From assembly GCA_965206645.1 (NCBI GenBank), contig CBDBKE010000004.1:640001-704000 (forward strand): 64,000 bases of DNA. The letters run 5' to 3'. Positions 28,489 through 38,086 of the stretch are shown here, one piece after another; position 1 is the stretch's first letter; every line of letters begins with the position of its first letter. The notes under the pieces were generated by a model, which saw only the letters and a program-made list of their open reading frames with translations, was not told the DNA's origin and ran no database searches. Source of the DNA: Terriglobia bacterium. Its GTDB lineage: Bacteria; Acidobacteriota; Terriglobia; JAJPHL01; JAPKYU01. Position numbers and translations under genes: made by a program.

Positions 28489-29697
28489 ACGGGAGGAGAA
28501 CACCCGCTGGCCAACCTGGAAGCGCGCATCGCTGAGCGGGTCCGGAACGTCCTGGAGCCGTCGTTGGGCACGGTGATCAACGCCACCGGAGTCATCCTGC
28601 ACACCAATCTGGGGCGCGCACCGCTGGCGGCCGAGGCCGTCGCACGGGTGGGTGAGGTCGCTGGCTCCTACAGCAACTTGGAGTACGACCAAGCCCGGGG
28701 CAAGCGCGGCAAGCGCGACGTGCATATCGCCCGCCTGCTCCGCCAACTGCTGGGGGCGCCGGCGGTGGTGGTTAACAACAACGCCGCCGCACTGCTGCTG
28801 GTGCTGAACACGCTGGCCGAAGGCGGCGAGGTGGTGGTCTCGCGTGGTGAGCTGATCGAGATTGGCGACTCATTTCGCATTCCCGACGTGATGGCCAAGA
28901 GCGGAGCGGTGCGCCGCGAGGTGGGCACCACCAACCGCACGCGCCTTGCCGATTACGAGGCCGCTATCGTGCCGGGCCGGACCCGCCTGCTGCTCCGAGT
29001 CCACCCAAGCAACTACCGCATTGTGGGCTTTACCGAACGTCCCTCGCTTGAGGAACTTGTCGGGCTGGGGCGCCGCGCGGGCGTGCCCGTGGTCGAAGAC
29101 CTGGGCAGCGGCTGCTTGCTGGATTTGCGTCCCTTCGGCATCACCGACGAGCCGCTGGCCGGTGACAGCCTGAAGGCCGGCGTCGACCTGGTCAGCTTCA
29201 GTGGCGACAAGTTGCTGGGCGGGCCGCAGGCGGGCATCATCGCCGGCCGGCAGGATTTGGTCGAGCAGGTACGCCGCAACCCGCTGTTTCGCGCCCTGCG
29301 TGTGGACAAGATGACTTACGCAGCGCTCGAAGCCACGCTGGCGATTTACTTGCGCGGCGAGATCAACGCGCTACCCGTGATGCACATGATCCACGCCAGC
29401 TCCGACGAAATTGCCACGCGCGCCCGCGCGCTGGTCGCCGGACTGCCGCTGCCGGTGGAGCTGGTGCCTGGCGAGTCGGTGGTGGGCGGCGGTTCCACCC
29501 CCGGCCAGTCGCTCACGACCACACTGATCGCCCTCGCGCACCCCACGCTGAGCGCTACCGAGGTCGAAGCACGCCTGCGGGCCTCCACTCCGCCCGTGAT
29601 TGCCCGCGTCGAGCAGGACCGCGTACTGCTCGACCTGCGTACCGTGCTCCCCGACCAGGACTCCCCCCTCCGCCGCGCCCTCGAAACCCTTTCGTAA
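28336..29697 (+). CDS. selA: L-seryl-tRNA(Sec) selenium transferase (start may be upstream at 28234)
   Basis: VINATGVILHTNLGRAPL, VNNNAAA, SRGELIEIG, EVGTTNRT, FSGDKLLGGPQAG (PLP Lys). Confidence 0.96.
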   Translation: MKTSLLREIPSVDELLGRPELSELAAQVNRGYVAERVREVLEEVRAEIRSGTGGEHPLANLEARIAERVRNVLEPSLGTVINATGVILHTNLGRAPLAAEAVARVGEVAGSYSNLEYDQARGKRGKRDVHIARLLRQLLGAPAVVVNNNAAALLLVLNTLAEGGEVVVSRGELIEIGDSFRIPDVMAKSGAVRREVGTTNRTRLADYEAAIVPGRTRLLLRVHPSNYRIVGFTERPSLEELVGLGRRAGVPVVEDLGSGCLLDLRPFGITDEPLAGDSLKAGVDLVSFSGDKLLGGPQAGIIAGRQDLVEQVRRNPLFRALRVDKMTYAALEATLAIYLRGEINALPVMHMIHASSDEIATRARALVAGLPLPVELVPGESVVGGGSTPGQSLTTTLIALAHPTLSATEVEARLRASTPPVIARVEQDRVLLDLRTVLPDQDSPLRRALETLS

Positions 29698-29729
29698 CAA
29701 GCTTTCTAGAGCCAGTGCACCTGGCTCAC

Positions 29730-30596
29730 TTATTTCTGCTTGGCAAACGAGTCCCACGTTCCCTTTAAGGCTTCATAGAATCTCTTGTCTCCTCCGCCTT
29801 CACTGGAAACCGGAAACGAAACGACACCATCATCGGCCAGTTTCCGGTAGACCTGGCTGTCCTCCCACGTGGACCTGGAGAATTCTATGTCCATGCCTTT
29901 TATCTCTGCGAAAGGAAGAACCAGGGCTGGTTGCTCATATTCCCTCTTATAAACGACCACCTTGCGGTCGGTAAAAAGGTAGAACCCTTCTTCCATTATG
30001 TTGATGAACGCATCGGAATAGAAAAATCTAACCTGCTCTCCGGGTTCCAGCAAATCTAGCGCGCGAATCTTTGAAAGGAATTTCTGGGGCACCTGCGCTC
30101 CGGGAACAACCTCAATATCCGGACCGACGATAAACGCGTACACGAGTAGGCCCACGAGAGCCACAGCCAGAAACGCGAACACTCCTCCCAGTATCCACAA
30201 CCACTTAGGCATTCTGGAACCCTCTCTTTCTGGGGTAGTTTGCACACTCAAGGAATGGTAGGCGAATGTCCCTCGAATCCCTTGGAAAAAGAAATAGCCG
30301 AACAAAATTGCCATGGGCACCCCTCGCACGCTGCCCACGGTCGCCCACAGGATGATCTTTGAACCGACAAAATAGACGAACAGCAGCACAGCACAAATGC
30401 GGCTCTTTTTGTATAGGCCGAACGCAAGGCCAAGAATGACTACGACGTCGATCAGACTCCACCAATCAATACCCAGTTCGGCGAAAACCGTCGAGCCAGA
30501 AGCGGCAACCAAGATGACCAACAGCGTAATCCCTGCCGAGATGAGACCGGCCACCCAAGCCTGCTTGATGTGTTTCAATGCAGCTTCTTGTGTCAT
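29730..30596 (-). CDS. Hypothetical membrane protein (about 5 TM + soluble PH-like C-terminal domain)
   Basis: Hydrophobic segments followed by FYLFTDRKVVVY...LPFAEIKGM; visibly lower GC than neighbours. Confidence 0.7.
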   Translation of the reverse strand: MTQEAALKHIKQAWVAGLISAGITLLVILVAASGSTVFAELGIDWWSLIDVVVILGLAFGLYKKSRICAVLLFVYFVGSKIILWATVGSVRGVPMAILFGYFFFQGIRGTFAYHSLSVQTTPEREGSRMPKWLWILGGVFAFLAVALVGLLVYAFIVGPDIEVVPGAQVPQKFLSKIRALDLLEPGEQVRFFYSDAFINIMEEGFYLFTDRKVVVYKREYEQPALVLPFAEIKGMDIEFSRSTWEDSQVYRKLADDGVVSFPVSSEGGGDKRFYEALKGTWDSFAKQK

Positions 30597-30635
30597 CTCT
30601 TTAGTCCTGGCTTGCTGATGTCTCCCCCTGACGAA

Positions 30636-31652
30636 TTAGTTCCACCAGGGGATGCGGGAGGAGTGGGAGCGGCGGCGATCGAGGCGCCACAAACCGGCTG
30701 CCCGTGCGGCTTCCAGAGCCCACTCGTATTCGCCTTCGCTAATTCCGCGACCGATTCCCACGAACTGGGCGCCCGCGACGCGCCCCGCCGGGTAGTACTG
30801 GTCCATGAGGTTGACGTAGGTGTCGGGCGAGATTTCCTCGGCCAGAAAGCGCATGATGGAGGCGGTGCCGGCAATCTCACCCGGCATGATCAGGTGCCGC
30901 ACCAGCACGCCCCGCTTGGCCATGCCCCGCTCGTCGAACTTCAGCGCGCCCACCTGCCGGTGCATCTCCCGGATGGTCCGTCGCGCCGCCTCCGGATAGT
31001 CCCTGGCCTTCATGTAGCGGAGGGAAAGCTTGGGGTCCCAGAACTTGAAGTCCGGCATGTAGACGTCCACGACGCCGTCCAGCAGGTGGAGGCTGTCGAG
31101 CGAGTCGTAACCCGAGGTGTTGTAGACGATGGGCAACCGCAGTCCTGCCTCAACAGCGATCGGCAGCGCCTCGAGCACCTCGGGCACCACGTGCTCCGGG
31201 GTAACGAAATTGACGTTGTGGCAGCCTTGGGCCTGCAGCTCCAGCATCATCTCAGCAAGCTGCTCGGGCGGCGTCTCCGGTCCGCGGTGCGCCTGGCTGA
31301 TGTCGTAGTTCTGGCAGAAGACGCAGCGCAGGTTGCACATCGAAAAGAAAATGGTGCCGCTGCCCCGCGAGCCCCGCAGGCAGTCCTCCTCGCCGAAGTG
31401 CGGAAAGTGGCTGCTCACCTGGGCGTAGCGGCCGGTGTGGCAGGCGGCGGTCTTGTCGACCGTGCGATCCACGCCGCAGTTGCGCGGGCAGACCAGGCAG
31501 TGCGACAGCCGCGTTACCGCCTCCTCGGCTCGCCGGTGCAGCTCGCCGCTGCGGTGTAGAGCCATGTAGGCAGGCTCAAAGTTTTGGCTGAGAATGGCGA
31601 AGTCGGCTGCGCTTGCTTTCGATGCCATCGAACTCAGGCAACTCTCGGTCAA
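30636..31652 (-). CDS. Radical SAM protein, PflX-like
   Basis: CLVCPRNCGVDR, HFGEEDCL.G..GSGTIFF, CNLRCVFCQN (CxxxCxxC), VDVYMPDFK, GVLVRHL, NLMDQYYP. Confidence 0.9.
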   Translation of the reverse strand: MTESCLSSMASKASAADFAILSQNFEPAYMALHRSGELHRRAEEAVTRLSHCLVCPRNCGVDRTVDKTAACHTGRYAQVSSHFPHFGEEDCLRGSRGSGTIFFSMCNLRCVFCQNYDISQAHRGPETPPEQLAEMMLELQAQGCHNVNFVTPEHVVPEVLEALPIAVEAGLRLPIVYNTSGYDSLDSLHLLDGVVDVYMPDFKFWDPKLSLRYMKARDYPEAARRTIREMHRQVGALKFDERGMAKRGVLVRHLIMPGEIAGTASIMRFLAEEISPDTYVNLMDQYYPAGRVAGAQFVGIGRGISEGEYEWALEAARAAGLWRLDRRRSHSSRIPWWN

Positions 31653-31716
31653 TTATAACCCCGGGCTCAAGGGCACTGTGGCAGTCTGAAACTCGCTGCT
31701 ACGTGGACGTGCGGAG

Positions 31717-33000
31717 TCAGGCGCGCAGCGTGTGGCCTTCGGAGCGGGCGACGTAGGCGGCCGTGACCACGTCGCCGGTGATGTTGAGCACGGTGCGGCA
31801 CATGTCCAGCAGGCGGTCCACTCCCAGGATGATCCCCAAGCCCTCCCAGGGCACGCCGACGGTCACCAGCAGGGCCCCCACCATGGGCAGCGAGCCTCCC
31901 GGCACGCCGGCGGTACCCACTCCTGCCAGAATGGAGAGTAGCACCACGCTGACCTGGGCGCCCAGACTCAACTCCACGCCGAAGAACTGCGCCAGGAACA
32001 GCACCGTGACCCCCTCGTAGAGCGCAGTGCCGTTCTGGTTGGCGGTCGAGCCCACGGTCAGAACAAAGCCGCCGATCTGGCGTGGCACGCCCAGCTCCTG
32101 CTCGGCCACCCGCAGGGTGACCGGCAGGGTCGCGTTGCTCGAAGAGGTAGAGAATCCCGTCAGCAGAATCTCCCGGGTGCGCCGGAAGAACTGGAGGGGC
32201 GAATACCCAACCGCGTATCTCAAAAAGAGCGGGTACACAACAAACATGTGCAGCGCCAGCCCGCCAATGACGACACCGACGTACCAGGCCAGCTTTTGAA
32301 GAATCTCGAAGCCGAAGCGCGCCGTCAGGCTGAACAGCAGCGCCGCCACGCCGTAGGGGGCCAGCTTCATCGCCAGGCCGATCACCTTCATCACTACCTC
32401 ATAAACAGCCTGAAGCAAGCTGATCAGGGGCTGGACGCGCTCGCGCGGGCACAGCGTGACGGCAATGCCGATGAGGAGCGAGAAGACCATGACCGCCACC
32501 ATCTCGCCCCGAAAGGCATTCACCATCGCCTGCAAGGGGTTCGCGGGGATCAGGTCGAGCAGGATTTCGATGCCCGCCTTGCGGGGCGGCACCTCGATGT
32601 CAGCCGCCGTGCGGCCCAGAATCTCGAGCAGATTGGCTTTGTCGGCCTCCTGCATGCCGACACCCGGCCGGATCAGGTTGACCAGGGTGATCCCGATCAG
32701 CACCGAGATGCTGCTCAGCACCAGGGTGAAGACAACGGTCTTCAGCCCGACTCGGCCCAGCCTGCGCACGTCGCCCAGCTCCGCCACCCCCAGCACCAGG
32801 GCTGAGAAGATGAGCGGGATCACCACCATGAAGATCAGGCGCAGGAAAATCTGGCCGGCAGGGTAGGTGACTGTGCGAACGAAGTCTTGCAGCCCCTCCG
32901 TCGGTCCCCACACCCAGTTTGCTACCAGGCCGGCGCCAGCGCCGGCCACCATCCCGTAGAGAATCTTCTGGTGCAGGGGAGTTCCGCCCGCCTTAGCCAT
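31717..33000 (-). CDS. Dicarboxylate/amino acid:cation symporter (GltP/DAACS)
   Basis: FSTSSSNATLP, GSTANQNGTALY, AGVPGGS, GVDRLLDMCRT. Confidence 0.93.
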   Translation of the reverse strand: MAKAGGTPLHQKILYGMVAGAGAGLVANWVWGPTEGLQDFVRTVTYPAGQIFLRLIFMVVIPLIFSALVLGVAELGDVRRLGRVGLKTVVFTLVLSSISVLIGITLVNLIRPGVGMQEADKANLLEILGRTAADIEVPPRKAGIEILLDLIPANPLQAMVNAFRGEMVAVMVFSLLIGIAVTLCPRERVQPLISLLQAVYEVVMKVIGLAMKLAPYGVAALLFSLTARFGFEILQKLAWYVGVVIGGLALHMFVVYPLFLRYAVGYSPLQFFRRTREILLTGFSTSSSNATLPVTLRVAEQELGVPRQIGGFVLTVGSTANQNGTALYEGVTVLFLAQFFGVELSLGAQVSVVLLSILAGVGTAGVPGGSLPMVGALLVTVGVPWEGLGIILGVDRLLDMCRTVLNITGDVVTAAYVARSEGHTLRA

Positions 33001-33159
33001 GGCGCCGTATTATAACGGGTTCGCGCAGCCAAGGTCGAGCCACAATCCTGCGTGGACACCGGTCGTTGGCCTGCATGAACGCCGGTCGTTGGAATGAAAC
33101 AGGAGCATGGAGGGCGGGGTCTTGAAGCAGCTACTCCTCAGTTGCGTCGCGCCAAAATC

Positions 33160-33945
33160 TCACTGGCCCAGGTTTGCTTTGCCGTGATTCTGGCCGGGCT
33201 TACTGGCGAGCACGCAGGACACGTTCCAGCCCTGAATGACGTTTAGCGGGAAGATTCGAACTTGGATGTTCTCGAATCCTATTCTCGAGAGGGTTGTGTA
33301 AAGCCAGCTTGCTTCGTAAGACAACATTCGCATGAACAATTTTCCTTGCCTGCGCCGGAGCCGGTATCTCCGACAATCGGCTCTGAGTTGCCCCAAAGCC
33401 TTTTGAAGAACATAGACGGGGCGATAGAGCCAGGGTAGCCGCGGCCAGGCGCAGAGCGGCAATTGAACCATCATCGTTCCACACGGCGCAAGGATGCGAA
33501 AGATTTCTCCGAAGCAGGCTGCCCCCTGGGAAACGTGGTCGAAGTGCTGAAATACTTGCGTAGAAAACACCGAACAAACTGAGCGACTCGAGAGCGGCAG
33601 TGCGTTTCCGTCGGCGATGCAAAAATGGACGGACTTTTCTTGGACGTGAGGACGAGCCCGGTCAATCATCTCCTCAGAGATGTCCACTGCGTATACCCTC
33701 TCGAAATGGCGGCTTAAGGGGAGGATCATACGTCCCGGGCCGCAGCCGATCTCCACACAACTGCTTTTGTTCAGTCCATACTGCTGCCACTGCTGCCGGT
33801 AGTCTTCCCAATCCAGGGCACCCGAGGCAAGAAACTCCTCCTCTGTCCAGGGATGAGCGCCTGTCTTTTGCTTACCAGTCCAAGATACCGCAGCATAGAG
33901 TGGGTCCGTCTGGCCCCATCTTCTCCATTCGATAATGGATTTCAC
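33160..33945 (-). CDS. Class I SAM-dependent methyltransferase
   Basis: VEIGCGPGRM, AVDISEEMI, VFQHF, FRILAPCG. Confidence 0.85.
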   Translation of the reverse strand: MKSIIEWRRWGQTDPLYAAVSWTGKQKTGAHPWTEEEFLASGALDWEDYRQQWQQYGLNKSSCVEIGCGPGRMILPLSRHFERVYAVDISEEMIDRARPHVQEKSVHFCIADGNALPLSSRSVCSVFSTQVFQHFDHVSQGAACFGEIFRILAPCGTMMVQLPLCAWPRLPWLYRPVYVLQKALGQLRADCRRYRLRRRQGKLFMRMLSYEASWLYTTLSRIGFENIQVRIFPLNVIQGWNVSCVLASKPGQNHGKANLGQ

Positions 33946-34148
33946 TATCGGCCCCTACAAACTCGTCACTTAGCCACCGCTTGGACTTTCTCTAAGTTCA
34001 TCAGATTACTTGAAGGTGCCCTGCATCGGCACACCTTTTCTGTTGCGGAAGAAGGAGTTGCGAGATGGATTGACGACCATCGGTAGGATGCTAACCGACA
34101 CAACGAAGCGAACCGAAAGCCGGGGAAGCGCACTATAATCACTGAAGG

Positions 34149-36770
34149 ATGTCGGAGCCTTCGACGCCGCTGATGCGGCAGTACAGCGCGATCAAGCAGC
34201 AGCATCCCAATGCCCTGCTCCTGTTCCGGCTGGGAGACTTCTACGAGCTGTTCTACGAAGACGCCGTGATCGCGGCGCGCGAGCTGCAGATCACGCTGAC
34301 CTCGCGCAACAAGGAGCGCGGCACCCCTGTCCCCATGTGCGGCGTTCCCCACCACGCCATTCAGAGCTACGTCCACCGGCTCGTCCAAAAGGGCTACCGG
34401 GTGGCCATGTGCGAGCAAATGGAAGACCCCCGCTTTGCCAAAAAGCTCGTGAAACGCGAGGTGACGCGGGTGGTGACGCCGGGAACAGCAGTAGAAACAG
34501 CGCAAGCCACCGAGCCCAACTACCTGGCCGCTATCCGCCCCCTGGGCGACCGAATTGGGCTCGCCTGCGCCGACCTGTCCACCGGAGAGTTCCGGACCAC
34601 CGAGTTCGAGGGCCCGGAGCGCGAGGCTGCCTGCGCCGAAGAGATGGCGCATCTGCGCCCGCGCGAGGTGCTGTGGCCAGCTTCGGCCCCCTGGCTGGCC
34701 GCGCTGTCCGAGGTTGCGGACGGCGCCACGGGCGCGCGCTTCACCCGTAGCGAACTGGATGAGTGGGCCTTCGCGCCAGACTATGCCCGGCGGCTGCTGG
34801 GTGATCACTTCGGGGTGCTCACCCTGGACGGCTTCGGCCTGGCTGGCCGCGAGGCCGCCATCGCGGCCGCAGGCGCCGTGCTGCATTATCTGCGCGAGAC
34901 CCAGCGGGCCGGCCTCGAGCACATGGACGGCATCAACTTCTACCAGCAGCAGCAGTGGATGATCCTGGACTGGGTGACGGCACGGAACCTGGAGCTGGTC
35001 GAGCCGTTATTTCCCGGCCAGACCGACGCCACGATGCTGGCTATGCTGGACCGCACGCTCACCCATATGGGCGCGCGGCTGTTGCGGAGATGGCTGCTGC
35101 GCCCTTCTCTGGACCGGACAGCCATTGAGGCCCGTCTGGACGCGGTCGAGGAGCTGAAGCGCGAGACCATCGCCCGGGGCGAACTGGAACGCACCATGTC
35201 CGGCGTACTGGATTTGGAGCGGCTGCTCAGCAAGACCACGCTGGGGACGGCTACGCCGCGCGACATGCTGGGAATGGGCGCGTCGCTGGAACGCATCCCT
35301 TCTTTGCGCGCCACGCTGGGGCGCTTCACGAGCGCGCGCCTAGCACAGTTGCGGGAAGACATGGACGAGCTTGCGGATGTGGCTGGCCTGCTGGCCCGCG
35401 CCATCAGCTCCGATGCGCCCGCCAACCCGGCCGACAGCGGCGTGATCCGTGATGGCTACCATGCCGAACTCGATGAGCTGCGTGGCCTGAGCCGCAACAG
35501 CAAGAACTACATCGCCCAGATCGAGGCACGCGAGCGAGCCCGCACCGGCATCGGCTCCCTCAAGGTCCGCTTCAACAACATCTTCGGCTACTACCTGGAA
35601 GTCTCCCGCCCCAACCTGCACCTGGTTCCAACCGATTACGAGCGGAAGCAGACGCTGGCGAATGCCGAGCGCTTCACCACGACGGAACTGAAGGAGTACG
35701 AACGCCGCGTACTGGACGCGGAAGAAAAAATCCTGGAGTTGGAGCGCGCACTGTTCGCCGAGGTGCGCGCACGGGTGGGAGCGCACGCCGCGCGCATCCG
35801 CCGCACGGCGGGGGCGCTGGCCGAGGCTGACGTGCTGCGCAACTTCGCCGCGCTGGCCGCCGAGTATCACTACAGCCGACCGCAGTTCTCCTCGACCGGT
35901 GGAGGTGGCGAGATGCAGGTCCTCGCCGGGCGCCACCCGGTGATCGAGCAGTTGGCCGAGCGCGAGCGGGCCGAGCGCTTCGTCCCCAACGACCTCTACC
36001 TGAACGATGCCAGCGACTTGATCCTGCTCCTCACAGGACCGAACATGGGCGGCAAGTCCACCTATCTCCGCCAGACGGCGCTGATGTCGATTCTGGCGCA
36101 GATGGGCAGCTTCGTGCCAGCCCAGAGCGCGCGGATGCCGCTGCTGGACCGCATCTTTACCCGCATCGGCGCCGGCGACAACCTGGCGCGGGGCCGCTCC
36201 ACCTTCCTGATGGAGATGACCGAAACCGCCGCCATCCTGAACACGGCCACACCGCGCAGCCTGATCCTGCTGGACGAAATCGGGCGTGGGACGGCGACCT
36301 TTGACGGGCTGGCCATTGCCTGGGCGGTGGTGGAACACATCCACGGCCGCACCCGCGCCAAGACCCTGTTTGCCACCCATTACCACGAGCTGACAGCGCT
36401 GGCCGAGCACCTGCCCGGAGTGAAGAACTACCACGTTTCGGTCAGAGAGACCCAGGACGGCATCGTATTCCTGCGCAAGGTGGAGCTCGGCAGCGCCGAC
36501 CGCAGTTACGGCATCGAGGTGGCGCGGCTGGCCGGACTGCCGCCGGGCGTGGTGGAGCGCTCGCGCGAGGTGCTGGCGCTGCACGAGCGCGGCGAAGAAC
36601 GCGTCAGCGAAACGCTGTCGCCCGGGGCCCAGCCGGCCCCCGTGCAGTTAACTATTTTTACACCCCTGAACCAGGATATCTTGCAGGCCATTGCCCAGGC
36701 GGATTTGGACAACCTGCGCCCCATCGAGGCGCTGACGTTGCTGGCGCGCCTGAAGCAGCAGATCACATGA
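34149..36770 (+). CDS. mutS: DNA mismatch repair protein MutS
   Basis: TPLMRQY..K, FRLGDFYELF, GPNMGGKSTYLRQ, STFLMEM, DEIGRGT, FATHYHEL, SYGIEVA. Confidence 0.98.
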   Translation: MSEPSTPLMRQYSAIKQQHPNALLLFRLGDFYELFYEDAVIAARELQITLTSRNKERGTPVPMCGVPHHAIQSYVHRLVQKGYRVAMCEQMEDPRFAKKLVKREVTRVVTPGTAVETAQATEPNYLAAIRPLGDRIGLACADLSTGEFRTTEFEGPEREAACAEEMAHLRPREVLWPASAPWLAALSEVADGATGARFTRSELDEWAFAPDYARRLLGDHFGVLTLDGFGLAGREAAIAAAGAVLHYLRETQRAGLEHMDGINFYQQQQWMILDWVTARNLELVEPLFPGQTDATMLAMLDRTLTHMGARLLRRWLLRPSLDRTAIEARLDAVEELKRETIARGELERTMSGVLDLERLLSKTTLGTATPRDMLGMGASLERIPSLRATLGRFTSARLAQLREDMDELADVAGLLARAISSDAPANPADSGVIRDGYHAELDELRGLSRNSKNYIAQIEARERARTGIGSLKVRFNNIFGYYLEVSRPNLHLVPTDYERKQTLANAERFTTTELKEYERRVLDAEEKILELERALFAEVRARVGAHAARIRRTAGALAEADVLRNFAALAAEYHYSRPQFSSTGGGGEMQVLAGRHPVIEQLAERERAERFVPNDLYLNDASDLILLLTGPNMGGKSTYLRQTALMSILAQMGSFVPAQSARMPLLDRIFTRIGAGDNLARGRSTFLMEMTETAAILNTATPRSLILLDEIGRGTATFDGLAIAWAVVEHIHGRTRAKTLFATHYHELTALAEHLPGVKNYHVSVRETQDGIVFLRKVELGSADRSYGIEVARLAGLPPGVVERSREVLALHERGEERVSETLSPGAQPAPVQLTIFTPLNQDILQAIAQADLDNLRPIEALTLLARLKQQIT

Positions 36771-38086
36771 TGGAAATCGAAACTGCCGCCGGCCGACTCT
36801 TGTTGGTCGGCTTTGAACGGAACACATTTGATGAGGAGCTGGCGCGTCTGCTGAGCGAAATCCGGCCGGCCGGCGTGATCCTCTTCGCGCACAATATCGC
36901 CGGAGCGGCCGAAGTTGCCGCGCTGGTCCAGCAGATTGTCCAGGCGCTGGCCGAGCACGGGCCGCCCGGCGGGCTTCCCCTGCTGGCCATGGACCTGGAG
37001 GGCGGCCCGGTGGACCAGCTGCGCAACGTGCTGGCACCGTTCCCTTCACCGCGAACGGTGGCAGCTACAAACGACGATCTCTTCGTTCGCGATTTTGGCG
37101 CGTTAGTGGGAGAAGCGCTGGCCAGCTTCGGCCTCAATGTGGACCTGGCGCCCGTGCTCGATTTGGCCAGCACGCCAGCCGAACCTGTGCTGGGCCCCCG
37201 CGCGGTCAGCGCGGATCCCCCACAAGTGGTGCGCTTCGGCCGCAACTTCCTGGCGGGCCTCACTCGCCAGGGCGTAGTCGGCTGCGGCAAGCATTTTCCA
37301 GGCCTGGGCAGCGCGTCCGCGGATACTCATATCGAGTTACCCCGTGTGGAAAAGCCGGCCGAGCAGTTGTGGGAAGAAGACCTGCTTCCTTTTCGGGAAC
37401 TGCACAATGAGATTCCCCTGGTGATGGCAAGCCACGCCTGGTATCCGTCGCTGGAGACCACGGGCGAGGCCGCGCGACCGGCTTCCCTTTCCAGCCAGAT
37501 CCTTCGGGGGCTGCTGCGGGAACGTATCGGCTTCCGCGGGGTAGTGGTTTCCGATGACCTTGGGATGGGCGGCATGCTGGCCGGCCGCTCGATTGGCGAG
37601 GCCGCCGTGGCCGCTGTCGAAGCTGGCTGCGACCTGCTGCCCGTCTGCCGCTCGGAAGAGAACATCCGAGCCGCACACCGGGCGCTGGTGGAGCGCGCGA
37701 GCCAGGAGGCCGGCTTCGGCGAGCGGGTTCAGGAAGCTGCCCGGCGCGTCGAAGGGCTCCAGCAGGAGCTACAGAAAGCCGCGACCGCACGCTCCCGCCC
37801 GGACTGGCAGCGATTGAGCCAGGCCATCCAGCACCTGCACGAGCGCGCCGAGGACATGGGCACGCTAGCCGCCGTCATGCCCCGCTTCAACACGGATGCG
37901 ACGCGCCCCCAGCGCAGCCGCCGGCCACCGCCCGGCGGCCGCGACGCTCGACGAGGGGCCGGACCCCGGCGCGATCGCCACGGCCGTGAAGACCGCGCTC
38001 CTGGTCCGGGCCGCCCGCATAGGCCACTCGGCCCCCGTGACCGGCCTTCTCGCCCTCCCGGCCGCCGGCCACCACGGGAACCTTGA
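36767..38086 (+). CDS. nagZ: Beta-N-acetylhexosaminidase (GH3) with Arg/Pro-rich C-terminal tail
   Basis: GVILFAHN, DLEGG, APVLD, KHFPGLGSASADTH, SDDLGM; start overlaps the mutS stop (ATGA). Confidence 0.9.
   Translation: MMEIETAAGRLLLVGFERNTFDEELARLLSEIRPAGVILFAHNIAGAAEVAALVQQIVQALAEHGPPGGLPLLAMDLEGGPVDQLRNVLAPFPSPRTVAATNDDLFVRDFGALVGEALASFGLNVDLAPVLDLASTPAEPVLGPRAVSADPPQVVRFGRNFLAGLTRQGVVGCGKHFPGLGSASADTHIELPRVEKPAEQLWEEDLLPFRELHNEIPLVMASHAWYPSLETTGEAARPASLSSQILRGLLRERIGFRGVVVSDDLGMGGMLAGRSIGEAAVAAVEAGCDLLPVCRSEENIRAAHRALVERASQEAGFGERVQEAARRVEGLQQELQKAATARSRPDWQRLSQAIQHLHERAEDMGTLAAVMPRFNTDATRPQRSRRPPPGGRDARRGAGPRRDRHGREDRAPGPGRPHRPLGPRDRPSRPPGRRPPREP

Noticed and set aside
28336-31652. 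Selenoprotein cluster around selA
   Set aside because: No selB, selC, selD or in-frame TGA-containing gene could be identified nearby.
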